A DNA stretch of 64,000 bases, from the NCBI GenBank assembly GCA_965209035.1, contig OZ242372.1, positions 1,248,001 through 1,312,000 of the forward strand. Direction: 5' to 3'. Made by a program: the position numbers and the translations under genes. The notes below the pieces were generated by a model, which did no database searches, had not been told where the DNA came from, and saw nothing but the letters and a program-made list of their open reading frames with translations. The stretch's first letter is position 1. Each line of letters begins with the position of its first letter. This DNA is from Gammaproteobacteria bacterium. Its GTDB lineage: Bacteria; Pseudomonadota; Gammaproteobacteria; CBDBNL01; JAAOII01. Shown piece by piece: positions 19,016 to 29,716 of this stretch.

Positions 19016-19747
19016 ATGAAAAACCGGTTATTGCTGTGCGGTGCTTGTATTCTGTTACTCTCGGCCTGTGCCACAACCGCCAAGAAGAATGCCAAGACCT
19101 TGGATGCGGCAAACGCGCATGTGGAACTGGCATTTTCTTACATAGAAAGCGGTGACCTGCCGGCCGCAAACGAGCAACTGCAAAAGTCCGAGAAAATTGC
19201 AAAAAACAACGCCCAATTGGATCACGGTTATGCGATTTACTATCAGCGATTGGGAGAGTACGCCCGGGCGGATCGTTATTTTGCGGAGGCCCTGAAAAAA
19301 GTGCCGGATGACCCGAGTATCAACAATAATTACGGCGTTTTGTTGACAGCCATTGAAAAATACGACGATGCCTATCTCAAGTTTCAAGCGGCTTACAGCA
19401 ATCGGGATTATCCGTTTCGCTACTCGGCATATGAAAATTACGGCGATGTGGCACGACTACTCGGCGACTACGATAAAGCGTTGGAAGCCTACCAACAGGC
19501 ATTGAGTCTCAAAGCGAATTGGTTTATTTTGCATCTCAAAATAGCCCAAAGTTATTACAGCAGTGCCAAATTTTTACCGGCATACGAGTCTCTGGAAATC
19601 TATATGCGACAACTTGAGTCTCTTAATCTTTCTCCCAGTCGGGAGGATCTGGAGCTTGGCATAGCCCTTGCTTCGGCGATTAAGGATTATGAAACCGTAG
19701 ATTCTTACCAAGAACTCCTGCAGCAGCAAACGCCCCAAACGCCTTGA
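19016..19747 (+). CDS. Type IV pilus biogenesis/stability TPR lipoprotein (PilW/PilF)
   Basis: Lipobox LSAC, TPRs, INNNYG motif; conserved position between ndk and rodZ. Confidence 0.8.
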   Translation: MKNRLLLCGACILLLSACATTAKKNAKTLDAANAHVELAFSYIESGDLPAANEQLQKSEKIAKNNAQLDHGYAIYYQRLGEYARADRYFAEALKKVPDDPSINNNYGVLLTAIEKYDDAYLKFQAAYSNRDYPFRYSAYENYGDVARLLGDYDKALEAYQQALSLKANWFILHLKIAQSYYSSAKFLPAYESLEIYMRQLESLNLSPSREDLELGIALASAIKDYETVDSYQELLQQQTPQTP

Positions 19748-19788
19748 GCATTCGACCATAAACAACAATTAACAATCAATAATCAATA

Positions 19789-20907
19789 ATGAATTCGGAA
19801 AGCGACAACAACAACAATAATAAGGATCAAAATCTTTTGGACGAGAACGGGAGTCAGGGCCCCATGAGCACACCCGTGAGCACAGAGGACGCCCGGGAGA
19901 ATTCTTCCCCCGCGAGTCCGTCCTCCCCGCCGCGGGCGGCAGATCCATCCCTGCCGCCTGCGGCAGACCCATCGAAGCCGCGGGCGGCAGACACAGCGGA
20001 GCCGCCCAAAACGCAACAAGATGCCATACAAAGGTTGAGTCGGATCCTCAAGGATGCCCGTCTGGAAACAGGGCGCGAGTCCGAAGAATTGGCACATGAA
20101 ATGAATATTCCTCACACCACCTTGGCGGATTTGGAGAAAGGAACTCTTTATGGGCGGATGAGCAAGGTGTTTGTGCGCGGTTATATTTTGGCATACGCCA
20201 AAATTTTAAGATTGGAACAGGCGGCTCTTTTGGAATTGCTGGAAATCATTTACGCCGAGAACGCGAATAGTACGAAGCTCGGCAAACCGGAGCCGCCCGG
20301 GCATTTGCGGCGGGAGGAAAAGAAACAGAGTCCGTTTATGACCGACTATGAATTCGATCATCTTGCCCGCAAGAGACAAAAACAGGGGATGACAATTTTT
20401 GTCCCGATTTTGTTTTGTGTTCTCGCGATAGGAGGGCTTGTTTATTGGAAATTATTTTTAGATTCTCAGCCGGAGCCTGATACAACAGCATCGGTCCTGC
20501 CCGAGCTGCGTTCCGCATATTCTCCCGACCCGATTGCCGCAGAAACCCAAGATGATGCCTCCGTGCCGCCCCGGAACCATTCGGACGAAAAATCCTTCAT
20601 AGCGGTCGAGTCGCCGTTTACGGACACAACCGGCGATGCGGCCGCCGAGGGAATCGCTTCATCCGAACTGCGTTTTCTTTTCTTGGAAGAATCCTGGCTG
20701 GGAGTATCGGATAACAGAGGGAAAGAAGTGGCTTGGCAGCTATTCGGCCCGGGAGAGGACATTTCGTTTGGCGGCGAACCTCCTTATAAAATTGTGATCG
20801 GCAATGCCCCTGTAACAAGAGTGTGGTTTGGCGGCAAAGAAGTCAATTTGACGGCATGGACGGAAGGGAAAGTTGCCCGCCTGGTTTTGCCTTTTGTGAC
20901 ACCTTAA
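19789..20907 (+). CDS. rodZ: RodZ-like protein (HTH, TM, DUF4115)
   Basis: FVRGYI..YAK.L, single TM, SWL.V.D, P..IVIGNA; upstream of ispG. Confidence 0.8.
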   Translation: MNSESDNNNNNKDQNLLDENGSQGPMSTPVSTEDARENSSPASPSSPPRAADPSLPPAADPSKPRAADTAEPPKTQQDAIQRLSRILKDARLETGRESEELAHEMNIPHTTLADLEKGTLYGRMSKVFVRGYILAYAKILRLEQAALLELLEIIYAENANSTKLGKPEPPGHLRREEKKQSPFMTDYEFDHLARKRQKQGMTIFVPILFCVLAIGGLVYWKLFLDSQPEPDTTASVLPELRSAYSPDPIAAETQDDASVPPRNHSDEKSFIAVESPFTDTTGDAAAEGIASSELRFLFLEESWLGVSDNRGKEVAWQLFGPGEDISFGGEPPYKIVIGNAPVTRVWFGGKEVNLTAWTEGKVARLVLPFVTP

Positions 20908-20996
20908 TCATCTGTCATCACAAGGCATAATCACAATTCACAATTAATGCTCCCCCGGAATTCCTATCCCGGTATAACGGCATCTGTCTTTAATTA

Positions 20997-22088
20997 ATGT
21001 TTTATTCCGCCGAACTTCCGCGGCGTGCGTCGCGGCGCATCATGGTTGGCGATGTGCCTGTCGGCGGCGGTGCCCCCGTATCCGTCCAGTCCATGACGAA
21101 TACGGATACTTGCGATGTTTCGGCAACCCTGCATCAAGTACAAAAACTGGCGACCGCCGGCGCGGACATGGTGCGACTTTCCGTGCCGACCATGGAAGCG
21201 GCCGCCGCCTTTGCCAAGATTCGGCGCAAAGCCGGCCTTCCTCTGATAGCGGACATTCATTTTGATCATAAGATTGCCCTGGCGGTCCTGAAAACTGGCG
21301 CGGATTGTTTGCGCATCAATCCCGGCAATATCGGCAAGATGGAAAAAGTGCGCGAACTGGTGGCGGCCGCCAAAGACAAAAAGGTGCCTATGCGCATCGG
21401 TGTCAATGCGGGCTCGCTGGAAAAAGATCTGCAAAAAAAATACGGCGAGCCCAACCCGGCCGCCCTGGTAGAATCGGCAATGCGACATGTGGACTTTTTG
21501 GATAAACTGGACATGCCGGACTTCAAGGTCAGCGTGAAGGCATCGGATGTGATGATGGCGGTGGAAGCCTACAGACTACTTGCCAAACGCATTGAGCAGC
21601 CGCTGCATCTCGGCATTACCGAAGCGGGCGGGCTGCGCAACGGCGCCGTCAAGTCGGCAATGGGAATCGGCACTCTGTTAATGGAAGGCATAGGAGATAC
21701 CATCCGTGTTTCGCTGGCCGCCGACCCGACGGAAGAAATAAAAGTGGGTTGGGATATTCTTAAAGGTCTGCGGCTGCGGGCGCGCGGGATCAACTTAATA
21801 GTTTGCCCGGGTTGTGCCCGGCAGAATTTTGATGTCATTAAGGTAGCCAACGAGTTGGACAGCAGGCTGGAGGATCTGGATGTCCCAATGGACCTGGCGG
21901 TAATCGGCTGCGTGGTGAACGGCCCCGGCGAAGCCAAGGAGGCGCGTGTCGGGTTTGTCGGCGGCAAGAAAGCCGGTTTGGCATACATAGAAGGCAAGGG
22001 CTACAAAAAAATCTCAAACGAATCCTTGACAGCCGAGTTGGAAAAAATGGTAAGAGAGCAAGCAAAAAAAATTATTGCCAAGTCTTAG
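20997..22088 (+). CDS. ispG: HMBPP synthase
   Basis: [44 protein letters not shown]. Confidence 0.97.
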   Translation: MFYSAELPRRASRRIMVGDVPVGGGAPVSVQSMTNTDTCDVSATLHQVQKLATAGADMVRLSVPTMEAAAAFAKIRRKAGLPLIADIHFDHKIALAVLKTGADCLRINPGNIGKMEKVRELVAAAKDKKVPMRIGVNAGSLEKDLQKKYGEPNPAALVESAMRHVDFLDKLDMPDFKVSVKASDVMMAVEAYRLLAKRIEQPLHLGITEAGGLRNGAVKSAMGIGTLLMEGIGDTIRVSLAADPTEEIKVGWDILKGLRLRARGINLIVCPGCARQNFDVIKVANELDSRLEDLDVPMDLAVIGCVVNGPGEAKEARVGFVGGKKAGLAYIEGKGYKKISNESLTAELEKMVREQAKKIIAKS

Positions 22089-22091
22089 GGC

Positions 22092-22195
22092 GACAACCGG
22101 CGGCGCCTGTCTCTCCGGCAGCACCTTATCAAAACGAAATGATGCGAAAAACTTTCCGGAGTGACAATCGGAGGCGCGTGTCTCCCCGGTAGCAT
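22092..22195 (+). repeat. Two ~32-bp direct repeats after ispG
   Basis: gacaaccggcggcgcctgtctctccggcagca vs gacaatcggaggcgcgtgtctccccggtagca; followed by taagtcacttccaaag stutters near the era end. Confidence 0.65.
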
Positions 22196-22281
22196 ATTGT
22201 TACTGTTACATTGCTTTTAATTTAAGTCACTTCCAAAGTCGCTTTTTAAGTCACTTCCAAAGCCGCTGCCAAATCCACTTC

Positions 22282-23271
22282 CTAAGTCGCTGCGGGCGGT
22301 TCAACCGGTAAGGCCTCATCGGTTTTTTCGTCATAGAGTCCCAGCAGCGTTTTGCTCAGAACCGAGGCACTGCTTTTCCAATCCTTTTGCGTATGCACCC
22401 GAACGCGCAGCATCACTTTTTTGCCAAAGAATATCTCCATTGACTTGCGGGCGGCGCTCGCCATCGTTTTCATTCTCGCGCCGTTTTTGCCGAGGATGAT
22501 CGGCTTGTGGCTTTCTTTTTCCGCCAGGACCGACAGATCAATAAAGAGCATATTCGGTTTGTCCCGGCTGTCTGTCAGGTGCTCGCAGAGAACGCACAAA
22601 CCAAAAGGGACTTCTTGCCGCAGTTTGCGGAACAGTTGCTCGCGCAGCAGCTCGCCGGCAATAAATGCATTGCAAGTATTCGGCATCGCGTCCGTAACCG
22701 GCGAGGCGGGCAACATCGCGAACAAGGCCTTCCGCAATACCGGGATCCTGTACCCGGTGAGTGCGGACACGGAAATAATTTCTTTGGCTTTTAATCCTAT
22801 TTTTTTCAGTTGTTCGTCCCAATGAACGATTAAAGGAAACACCTCCGCGCGATTCGCCAAAAGATCCGCCTTGTTGAGGACCAGGATGAGCGGCGTTTCT
22901 TTTTTTTCTTCCGTCAAACGCCGCAGCAAACGCTGATCGTTTTCACCAAAACGGCGGGCGTCCGTCACAAAAATCCGCCCATCGGCAAAGGAGAGCAGTT
23001 GTTTTATCTGTTTTCGCATCAGTTTGCTTTGCAGATCGCCGTGGATTGGCCAACCGCCCGGCGTGTCTATACAAACGACTTCCCTGTTGTTTTCGTTGTT
23101 TTCGTTGGCTTCGCAAATTTTTTTGTAAACAGAGCCGCGGGTGGTGTTTGGCATAGGCGCCGTTGCCGAAACTCTGACAGATGCCAGGGCATTGAGCAGC
23201 GAAGACTTGCCAACATTGGTTTGCCCGAGCAGTGCAATGTGTCCGAGATAATTGGTATGCTTTTGTGCCAT
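22282..23271 (-). CDS. era: GTPase Era (divergent)
   Basis: GQTNVGKSS, NTTR, DTPG, NKAD, KH-like IILGKNG; follows rnc. Confidence 0.9.
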   Translation of the reverse strand: MAQKHTNYLGHIALLGQTNVGKSSLLNALASVRVSATAPMPNTTRGSVYKKICEANENNENNREVVCIDTPGGWPIHGDLQSKLMRKQIKQLLSFADGRIFVTDARRFGENDQRLLRRLTEEKKETPLILVLNKADLLANRAEVFPLIVHWDEQLKKIGLKAKEIISVSALTGYRIPVLRKALFAMLPASPVTDAMPNTCNAFIAGELLREQLFRKLRQEVPFGLCVLCEHLTDSRDKPNMLFIDLSVLAEKESHKPIILGKNGARMKTMASAARKSMEIFFGKKVMLRVRVHTQKDWKSSASVLSKTLLGLYDEKTDEALPVEPPAAT

Positions 23272-23278
23272 GCCGATC

Positions 23279-23947
23279 TTATTCGCTCAGGTCTTCCAGG
23301 GCCCGCGCTGCCGCCTCTTTTTCCGATTCTTTGATACTTTGTCCCTGCCCGACATACCTCTTGCCGGAAGGCAGCTCACAGAACACGGTAAAAGATTTTT
23401 TATGTGCCGGGCCCTCTTCGGTCAAGAGCCCGTAAATGGGAAGTCTCCCGTATCGCGCCATTGCCAATTCTTGCAAACGGGTTTTGCTGTCCTTGTAAGA
23501 AGTGCCGGCTTCAAGGTCAATGGCCGCCAACTTTTGTTTGTAAAGAGCAAGAACGACATCTTGACACTTTTCCCAACCGCCGTCCAAGTAAATCGCACCG
23601 ATGATGGATTCCAACGCATCGGCGAGTAACGCCAACGGCTCGCGTCTAAGAGATTCCTTTTTGATCACCTTGGCATGGCGGACATGCTCGACTAAATTTA
23701 AGCCAACGGCAATATCCAACAAAGCCTGCTTGTCCACAAGACGCGATCGGATTTGACTCATTTCGCCCTCCCGTATTTGCGGGAACTGTTTGTAAAGATA
23801 GGCACTGATGACGGCATTCAGAATGGAATCACCCAAAAACTCCAACCGCTCGTTTGTTTCCTGTCCCATACTGCGATGGGTGAGCGCGAGTTTCGGCAGT
23901 TCGTCATTCCGAAACCGGTAGTTCAATTTTTTTTGTAATTCTTCCAT
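23279..23947 (-). CDS. rnc: Ribonuclease III
   Basis: ALTHRS, NERLEFLGDS, ADALESIIGAIYLD, C-terminal dsRBD. Confidence 0.97.
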   Translation of the reverse strand: MEELQKKLNYRFRNDELPKLALTHRSMGQETNERLEFLGDSILNAVISAYLYKQFPQIREGEMSQIRSRLVDKQALLDIAVGLNLVEHVRHAKVIKKESLRREPLALLADALESIIGAIYLDGGWEKCQDVVLALYKQKLAAIDLEAGTSYKDSKTRLQELAMARYGRLPIYGLLTEEGPAHKKSFTVFCELPSGKRYVGQGQSIKESEKEAAARALEDLSE

Positions 23948-24049
23948 ACTTCCATGTTATTTATGTTATTTATGTTATTCATGTTGCTCCCCAAAATTCT
24001 TTTTCCAAATTCAAGGAGGGCAGAGGGCAACCCGGTTGCCCCGAATCTG

Positions 24050-24973
24050 TCATATCCCGGCTGTCCTTGCGTGCTCGAATTCCGAAGAGTTTTCCGCCAT
24101 CGGGACATTGTCTATGAGCCGCGCCTTTCCCAGCCATGCCGCCGCCAGAATGACCGGCTTGTCGGCCGGACCGGTGGCCGGCAACAGATCTTCGGTGCGG
24201 CATACTTGCACATATTCCGGCTTAAATCCGTGTTGGCGCAAGCGTTGCATGCCGTCTTGTTCCAACTTGCGATAATCATTTTGTTTTTGCAAACTCAGAT
24301 CCTTGTTCAGATCTTTGCTCAAATCTTTGCTCAAATCTTTAAGAGTGTCATAGAGACGGGGGGCGATGCGCCGCTCCGCCGCCGTTAAGTATCTGTTGCG
24401 CGAACTTAATGCCAGCCCGTCCGGTGCCCGCCCGGTATCCACCGCCACAATTTGTGTCGGCAAGTGCAATTCTTTGGTCATAATTTGGATAAGACGCAAT
24501 TGTTGAAAGTCCTTTTTGCCAAAGGCCGCCTTGTGCGGCAACAGAATGTTAAACAAAAGATTGACAATGGTGATGACAGCGGGAAAGAAATGCGGGCGCG
24601 TCCCGCCGCAGAGAAGACCGGTCATGGACGGAATGTCAATGAGAGTCAGCGGTTTCTTCCCGCCCGCATAGATGTCTTCCGCTTTTGGCAAGAATACCAG
24701 GTCGTTCTTTTCCACCCGGCAGAGGTTCAGATCTTCGGTTGTGCTGCGGGGGTAGGTATCCAGATCCTCGTGTTCGGCAAACTGCGTCGGGTTAATGAAG
24801 ATACTGCTCACCAGAATATCGCACTCGGGTCTCAGGGCGCGCATCAGTTTCGCATGTCCCTCGTGCAGATTACCGAGCGTAGGAACAAATCCGATGCTTT
24901 TGCCCGGTTTGCGCGCCTCCAAACTTCTTTGGCGCATCTCTTGCGGGCGGGTAATGATGTTATCGGGATGCAT
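24050..24973 (-). CDS. panC: Pantoate--beta-alanine ligase
   Basis: FVPTLGNLHEGH, SIFINPTQF, FGKKDFQQ, GLALSSRN, RLIDN. Confidence 0.96.
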   Translation of the reverse strand: MHPDNIITRPQEMRQRSLEARKPGKSIGFVPTLGNLHEGHAKLMRALRPECDILVSSIFINPTQFAEHEDLDTYPRSTTEDLNLCRVEKNDLVFLPKAEDIYAGGKKPLTLIDIPSMTGLLCGGTRPHFFPAVITIVNLLFNILLPHKAAFGKKDFQQLRLIQIMTKELHLPTQIVAVDTGRAPDGLALSSRNRYLTAAERRIAPRLYDTLKDLSKDLSKDLNKDLSLQKQNDYRKLEQDGMQRLRQHGFKPEYVQVCRTEDLLPATGPADKPVILAAAWLGKARLIDNVPMAENSSEFEHARTAGI

Positions 24974-25397
24974 TTCTTGTCATAAGACATTATAATGCGA
25001 TTCGCTACGGATGCATGCCAATCGCAAGATCTAAACTGCGGTGGCACCGCCTCGGCAAACGCCGGTTTTTCTAAATTTTCATTGGAACTTGCCCGTCCGG
25101 CGGCCAATCCTGCCGGTTTCTTAACGCCGCGCCATAATTCGCCAGCCGGCTTCTTGTCATCTTAGTGCATTGCCGGCAGATCCAAACCGGCATTTAATCA
25201 CAGTGAACAGTCGCAGTTCCGCCTTCATCTTCACCTTCGCCTCCGCTTCCGCCTCCGGGTAGTTCCGGGATCCTAACGCAATCTTCCCGGCGGATTAAAG
25301 TTGCATCGGGGGCTATGAAAAGAAAAAGGCAAAGACACAGACAAAGAGAAAAGAAAATAACAAACATACCGATCCCGTATCGCATAAAATAGGTTCT

Positions 25398-26108
25398 ATG
25401 ACAAGCACACAAGTATCCCCGGTAAAACTGGGGCGGGTTTTGACGGACAGTTGCCGATTTATCGGTTTTTTCTCCCGTCCGATAGTGACCTATGCGGTTG
25501 TTGCCATTGCCGCCGAGTGGCTGTTTCATTTACTCAAATCCGGAATAACAGCACAGTTGTTTTTGGGGGTATGGACGATTTTCGGTCTCCTGCTCAGCGC
25601 GCTCTTGCATTGTGGCTTTGTCGTTTTTCTGGGGTCGCTTAATAGCGGCAACAAGTTATCTATTGTGCAGGCAATAGGACTCGGTCTGAACCGCTTATCC
25701 TCCTACCTCATCACCTATGTTATCACCGCTCTGGCTACCTTCATAGGGTTATTGATGTTTGTCATCCCCGGGGTGTATATTCTTTCCCGCCTTTTGCTGT
25801 ATGACTTTTTTATTTTGTTGGAAAAAAAGAGACCCCTCCCCGCAATCAGCGGGAGTCTTCGCACTACCCGTCCCGCCCGCCGGCTTATGTTGGGAGGGCT
25901 TTTGCTGTTCATTTTTACTTCCTTGCTGATGCTTGGGGTCATCGAATATGCCGCCGCAGACATACCACCGCAATTTTCCGGCTATGTCTACTCCCCGTTT
26001 TTTTGGATTCTCGCGATGTTTTTCACCGTTTTCAGATACAGATGTTTCCTATTGCTCTTTAATAATAGTACAAATAATAGCACAAATAAGACTAATAAGG
26101 CAACATAA
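25398..26108 (+). CDS. Multi-pass inner-membrane protein (YciC/UPF0259-like)
   Basis: 5-6 hydrophobic segments, GLLMFVIPGVY motif; stop overlaps the mnmA start. Confidence 0.6.
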   Translation: MTSTQVSPVKLGRVLTDSCRFIGFFSRPIVTYAVVAIAAEWLFHLLKSGITAQLFLGVWTIFGLLLSALLHCGFVVFLGSLNSGNKLSIVQAIGLGLNRLSSYLITYVITALATFIGLLMFVIPGVYILSRLLLYDFFILLEKKRPLPAISGSLRTTRPARRLMLGGLLLFIFTSLLMLGVIEYAAADIPPQFSGYVYSPFFWILAMFFTVFRYRCFLLLFNNSTNNSTNKTNKAT

Positions 26109-27418
26109 TGACGGTTACCGATACGGGTAACAACACATACCGCAGACTGGCGGTGGCGATGTCCGGCGGGGTGGATTCATCGGTTACGGCGGCCCTGATG
26201 CTTGAAAAGGGGTACGAGGTTTTCGGGGTATATATGCGGAATTGGCGCGACGATGATCGCACACCCGAATGCACCGCCATTCGCGATTGGACGGATGCTC
26301 GCCGAGCCTGCGACAAACTGGGTATCAACTTGGAAGTCGTCGAGTTCAGTCACATCTACAAACAAAAAGTGTTCGCGCCCTTTTTGGACGAACTGCGGCA
26401 AGGGCGAACGCCCAACCCGGATGTTATGTGTAATCACCATATTAAGTTTCGCGCCCTCACCGAGCATGTAAAAACCTTGGGCGCGGATGCTATGGCGACC
26501 GGGCATTATGCCCGTTTGATCCCGACGGTCGACGGCGGGCATCTTTATTGTGCGCGGGACAAAAACAAATGTCAGACATACTTTTTGTTCGCGGCCGCAT
26601 CCTTTGATAACTGCCTGATGCCTTTGGGTGAAATGCAAAAACAAGAGGTGCGTGCGTTGGCGCGTAAATTCGGTTTGCACAACCATTCCAAAAAAGACAG
26701 CACCGGACTTTGTTTTATCGGCGAAAGAGATTTCAGCAAGTTTATTTCCCGCTACTTGCCGGACGAACCGGGCGAGATACGCGACACTGCGGGAAATTTT
26801 TTAGGGATGCATCGCGGCCTGTTTCACCATACTTTGGGACAAAGGCGCGGGCTGGGCATTGGCGGCACGCGCGCCCGAACTGATGGCATGCGGGCGACTC
26901 GGATGCAAGATGTCCGTCCTCATCCGGACGAGGCGGGCGAAGTTGCCGAAGTGAGCGCGTCGGATGCATCGGACAGATTTGACAGCTCGGACGGATCGAA
27001 TGAAGCCTGGTATGTAGTCGACAAGATCCCGCAACAAAATATCTTGGTAGTGGCGTGCGGCCGGAACAACCCCCGCCTTTATGCGACCGCAGCTCTGCTG
27101 GCGAAACCTGTGTGGATCGGCGAGCCGCTCCCCTTGCCGGCGACATGCGATGTGAAAACCAGATACAGAATGGCGTCCGCGCCCTGTCGCCTCAGCCCGA
27201 CCGAGGGGGAACAGGGGAAGCAGGGGGAGCAGGGGAAGGTTCTGTTACAGTTCGCCACACCGCAGCGCGCGCTCACGCCCGGACAGGCGGCGGTTTTTTA
27301 TACGGGAGAACGCTGTCGCGGCGGGGCGATCATTGAGCACGCTCTGACGGCAGCAACCGAAACAACCAAAGCAAGGAGCGCGCAAAAACCAAAACAAACA
27401 GTTACAGAAACAGTTTAA
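26108..27418 (+). CDS. mnmA: tRNA 2-thiouridylase
   Basis: AMSGGVDSS, TPNPDVMCN, ATGHYA, KKDSTGLCFIG, TPGQ. Confidence 0.96.
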   Translation: MTVTDTGNNTYRRLAVAMSGGVDSSVTAALMLEKGYEVFGVYMRNWRDDDRTPECTAIRDWTDARRACDKLGINLEVVEFSHIYKQKVFAPFLDELRQGRTPNPDVMCNHHIKFRALTEHVKTLGADAMATGHYARLIPTVDGGHLYCARDKNKCQTYFLFAAASFDNCLMPLGEMQKQEVRALARKFGLHNHSKKDSTGLCFIGERDFSKFISRYLPDEPGEIRDTAGNFLGMHRGLFHHTLGQRRGLGIGGTRARTDGMRATRMQDVRPHPDEAGEVAEVSASDASDRFDSSDGSNEAWYVVDKIPQQNILVVACGRNNPRLYATAALLAKPVWIGEPLPLPATCDVKTRYRMASAPCRLSPTEGEQGKQGEQGKVLLQFATPQRALTPGQAAVFYTGERCRGGAIIEHALTAATETTKARSAQKPKQTVTETV

Positions 27419-27426
27419 GCAAGCAG

Positions 27427-27466
27427 CGGCGTCCCGCTCGCCATCACAGAAATATCCGCGCCGGCA
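27427..27466 (+). repeat. Left 40-bp direct repeat bounding the 27.4-37.5 kb island
   Basis: 37/40 identical to 37451-37490; starts 9 bp after the mnmA stop. Confidence 0.85.
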
Positions 27467-27551
27467 ATATTTCTATCGTGTTTTTTTACTCGGTTGAAGA
27501 CACTGTAAACCCCGGCTTCGGGGCAGTTAAAAGTCCGGGAAGTCCGGGAAG

Positions 27552-27644
27552 TCCGGGAAGTTAAGAAAGTTAGAGCAGTCAAAGCAGCTAAAAACAAACA
27601 ACTGCGATGACGCACCGGCAACGCGCAGAGTTCGCCGCCTGCGC
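27552..27644 (+). repeat. Left ~95-bp direct repeat flanking the secreted-protein gene
   Basis: Matches 29571-29672 (aactgcgatgacgcaccggcaacgcgca.agttcgccgcctgcgc). Confidence 0.88.
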
Positions 27645-27865
27645 GCGTCCTTTTTTGCCGATGCGCTCGCCGCGCAGATACATCGTGGATACATCGAGGA
27701 TACATCGTGCTCTGATGGATGGTCCTCCATAAAAAATCTTAACAACTCTTGTAAGTACAATTTTTAAAAACCTAAAAAGTTCTTGTCAACACCAAGAATG
27801 GAAACTTTCTTGTATATAATCACATTTATAAATACCTTTATATTTACTATTACAAATCACTTTAT

Positions 27866-29248
27866 ATGAAAATTAATATTAACTTAAATAGTTTTGCCCG
27901 CTTGTTCTCCGGAATAATGATGTGTGGTGCATTACTTTTGATCTTGCCTTCTTTCGTGTTGGCGGGTCAGCAAGAAGACAGCGATGGAAACGGCTTAATA
28001 GAAGTCCGTTCGGCTGTTGACCTCGACAATATTCGCCATAATCTGCGCGGCACCTGTGCTGACGGTAATTGCTATGGTTACGAACTTATCAACGATATAG
28101 ACCTAAGTTCTTATCCTAATTGGGAACCTATTGGCACACTTTATCGACCGTTTCGTGCCACATTTGAAGGCAATGAACATAAGATATCCGGCCTTACTTC
28201 AACCGGTTACGAACGTGCCGGTTTGTTTGGTGTGGTTTATTCCGCCCATTTTAGAAAGGTGCGAATAGAAGCCAAAGAAATTTCTGCGTTCAGTAGTAAA
28301 CGCGATGCGCATGCCGGCGTTCTCTTGGGAAGCGGGCAATTTGTTAGTATAGAGGATGTGCAGGTCTCCGCGACTGCCGGCGTTAGTGCCAGTGTAAACA
28401 TCATAAATTTGGGCGCATATGCCGGCGCTTTGGCGGGTTATTTGCAAGGAGATCCCAATCTGTGTTTCACAAGAGATTGCCCTGATAACTTTCCCGAGCA
28501 ACTCTCTGTTAGCAGTCTATCCGGCTCTTCGGCGATGGTATCCGGTGAAGTTGCCGCCACGAGTCGTAACAAAGCCGCGGCCGGCGGTTTAGTCGGGTAT
28601 GCAAAGAACTTTGTTATCCGGGATAATTTTGTCTGGATGGGCTGGCTTGGTCAAAACGGTGACCAACCCATTGAAAGTGGTATTTCCGCTTCCATTAACA
28701 GTTTTATCTTTAACAATAATAACCCTGCCTTTTTTAGTGTTGCCGGCGGGCTGGTGGGTGCCGCCCAGCGTATTCAGATTGTAGATAACAATGCCATCTT
28801 AGAACGCACAGTCGGCGTCATTGTCTTTCCCAATAGTCTGACTCTGGATCAAGATCCTTTTTATATAAGCGGTGGCGGTTTGGTTGGCGCTCAAATAGAT
28901 CGTTCGGGAGGAAATCTTCCGAGTGTTATTCGTCATTCGTATTACGCACCGGGTCTGATTACAGATAAGCACTGGAAAAATTCGGATAAGACTAAGCGAA
29001 TTAACAACTTGGGTGAGCAGCGTACCGGCAGTCAGCTTTCGTGTCCGGTCGGACCGGGAGATAATTGTAAGGATGCAACAACTTATGTTAACTGGAATAG
29101 CGACGAGCCAATTTATAGTCCAAATACGTGGGTATTTCGTCGCATCGAAAATCCTTACCTAGCTTTTCCGCGCCAGGAAAGATTCAAGTGCGATGCTTTT
29201 TTCGATGCTATTTGCCAACTTTATTTTGGTTTGCCTCCTCAAAAATAA
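27866..29248 (+). CDS. Secreted GLUG-like (GGLVG) repeat protein
   Basis: Signal peptide; DSDGNGLIE..C.GYEL..W.PIG..FEGN.H.ISGL domain shared with 45375, 46962 and 60961; repeated AGGLVG. Confidence 0.8.
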   Translation: MKININLNSFARLFSGIMMCGALLLILPSFVLAGQQEDSDGNGLIEVRSAVDLDNIRHNLRGTCADGNCYGYELINDIDLSSYPNWEPIGTLYRPFRATFEGNEHKISGLTSTGYERAGLFGVVYSAHFRKVRIEAKEISAFSSKRDAHAGVLLGSGQFVSIEDVQVSATAGVSASVNIINLGAYAGALAGYLQGDPNLCFTRDCPDNFPEQLSVSSLSGSSAMVSGEVAATSRNKAAAGGLVGYAKNFVIRDNFVWMGWLGQNGDQPIESGISASINSFIFNNNNPAFFSVAGGLVGAAQRIQIVDNNAILERTVGVIVFPNSLTLDQDPFYISGGGLVGAQIDRSGGNLPSVIRHSYYAPGLITDKHWKNSDKTKRINNLGEQRTGSQLSCPVGPGDNCKDATTYVNWNSDEPIYSPNTWVFRRIENPYLAFPRQERFKCDAFFDAICQLYFGLPPQK

Positions 29249-29570
29249 TCGCATGATCTCTTTGGCACTTTTGCTGTTTATTGAAACAAAAATACGCCGG
29301 AGATAATCTAAGTTGCCACGGTGGCATTGTCGTTGCCGTGGCAATTTTGTAGCACAGAATGTGCTCGCTGTTGTAGCACAAGCACAAAGTGTGCTCGTTC
29401 CAAACCATCCCCAAAATACTTTGCAATGCATCCCGGCAGGATCAAAGTAGAATCAATCTTCAATCATTTCAATGAAAACAACCCGGGCAAAATCTTTGAT
29501 GCGGGTTTGATAGCCTTCGGCCTGAGACATTCTTTGTTATAGATTAACTTTGGAAACTTCTTTCAAAAAC

Positions 29571-29672
29571 TCCGGGAAGTTAAGAAAGTTAAGAAAGTTA
29601 AAGCAGTTAAAGCAGTTAAAAACGAACAACTGCGATGACGCACCGGCAACGCGCATAGTTCGCCGCCTGCGC
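29571..29672 (+). repeat. Right direct repeat flanking the secreted-protein gene
   Basis: Matches 27552-27644. Confidence 0.88.
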
Positions 29673-29716
29673 TTGCCATCTATTTTGTGTGCTTGTATGT
29701 TTTTGTGCGTGTTTTT

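Noticed and set aside
25194-25385. 63-aa minus-strand ORF with a hydrophobic N-terminus and Gly/Glu tail
   Set aside because: Low-complexity sequence with only 12 bp to the divergent gene start and no recognisable homology; cannot be supported.
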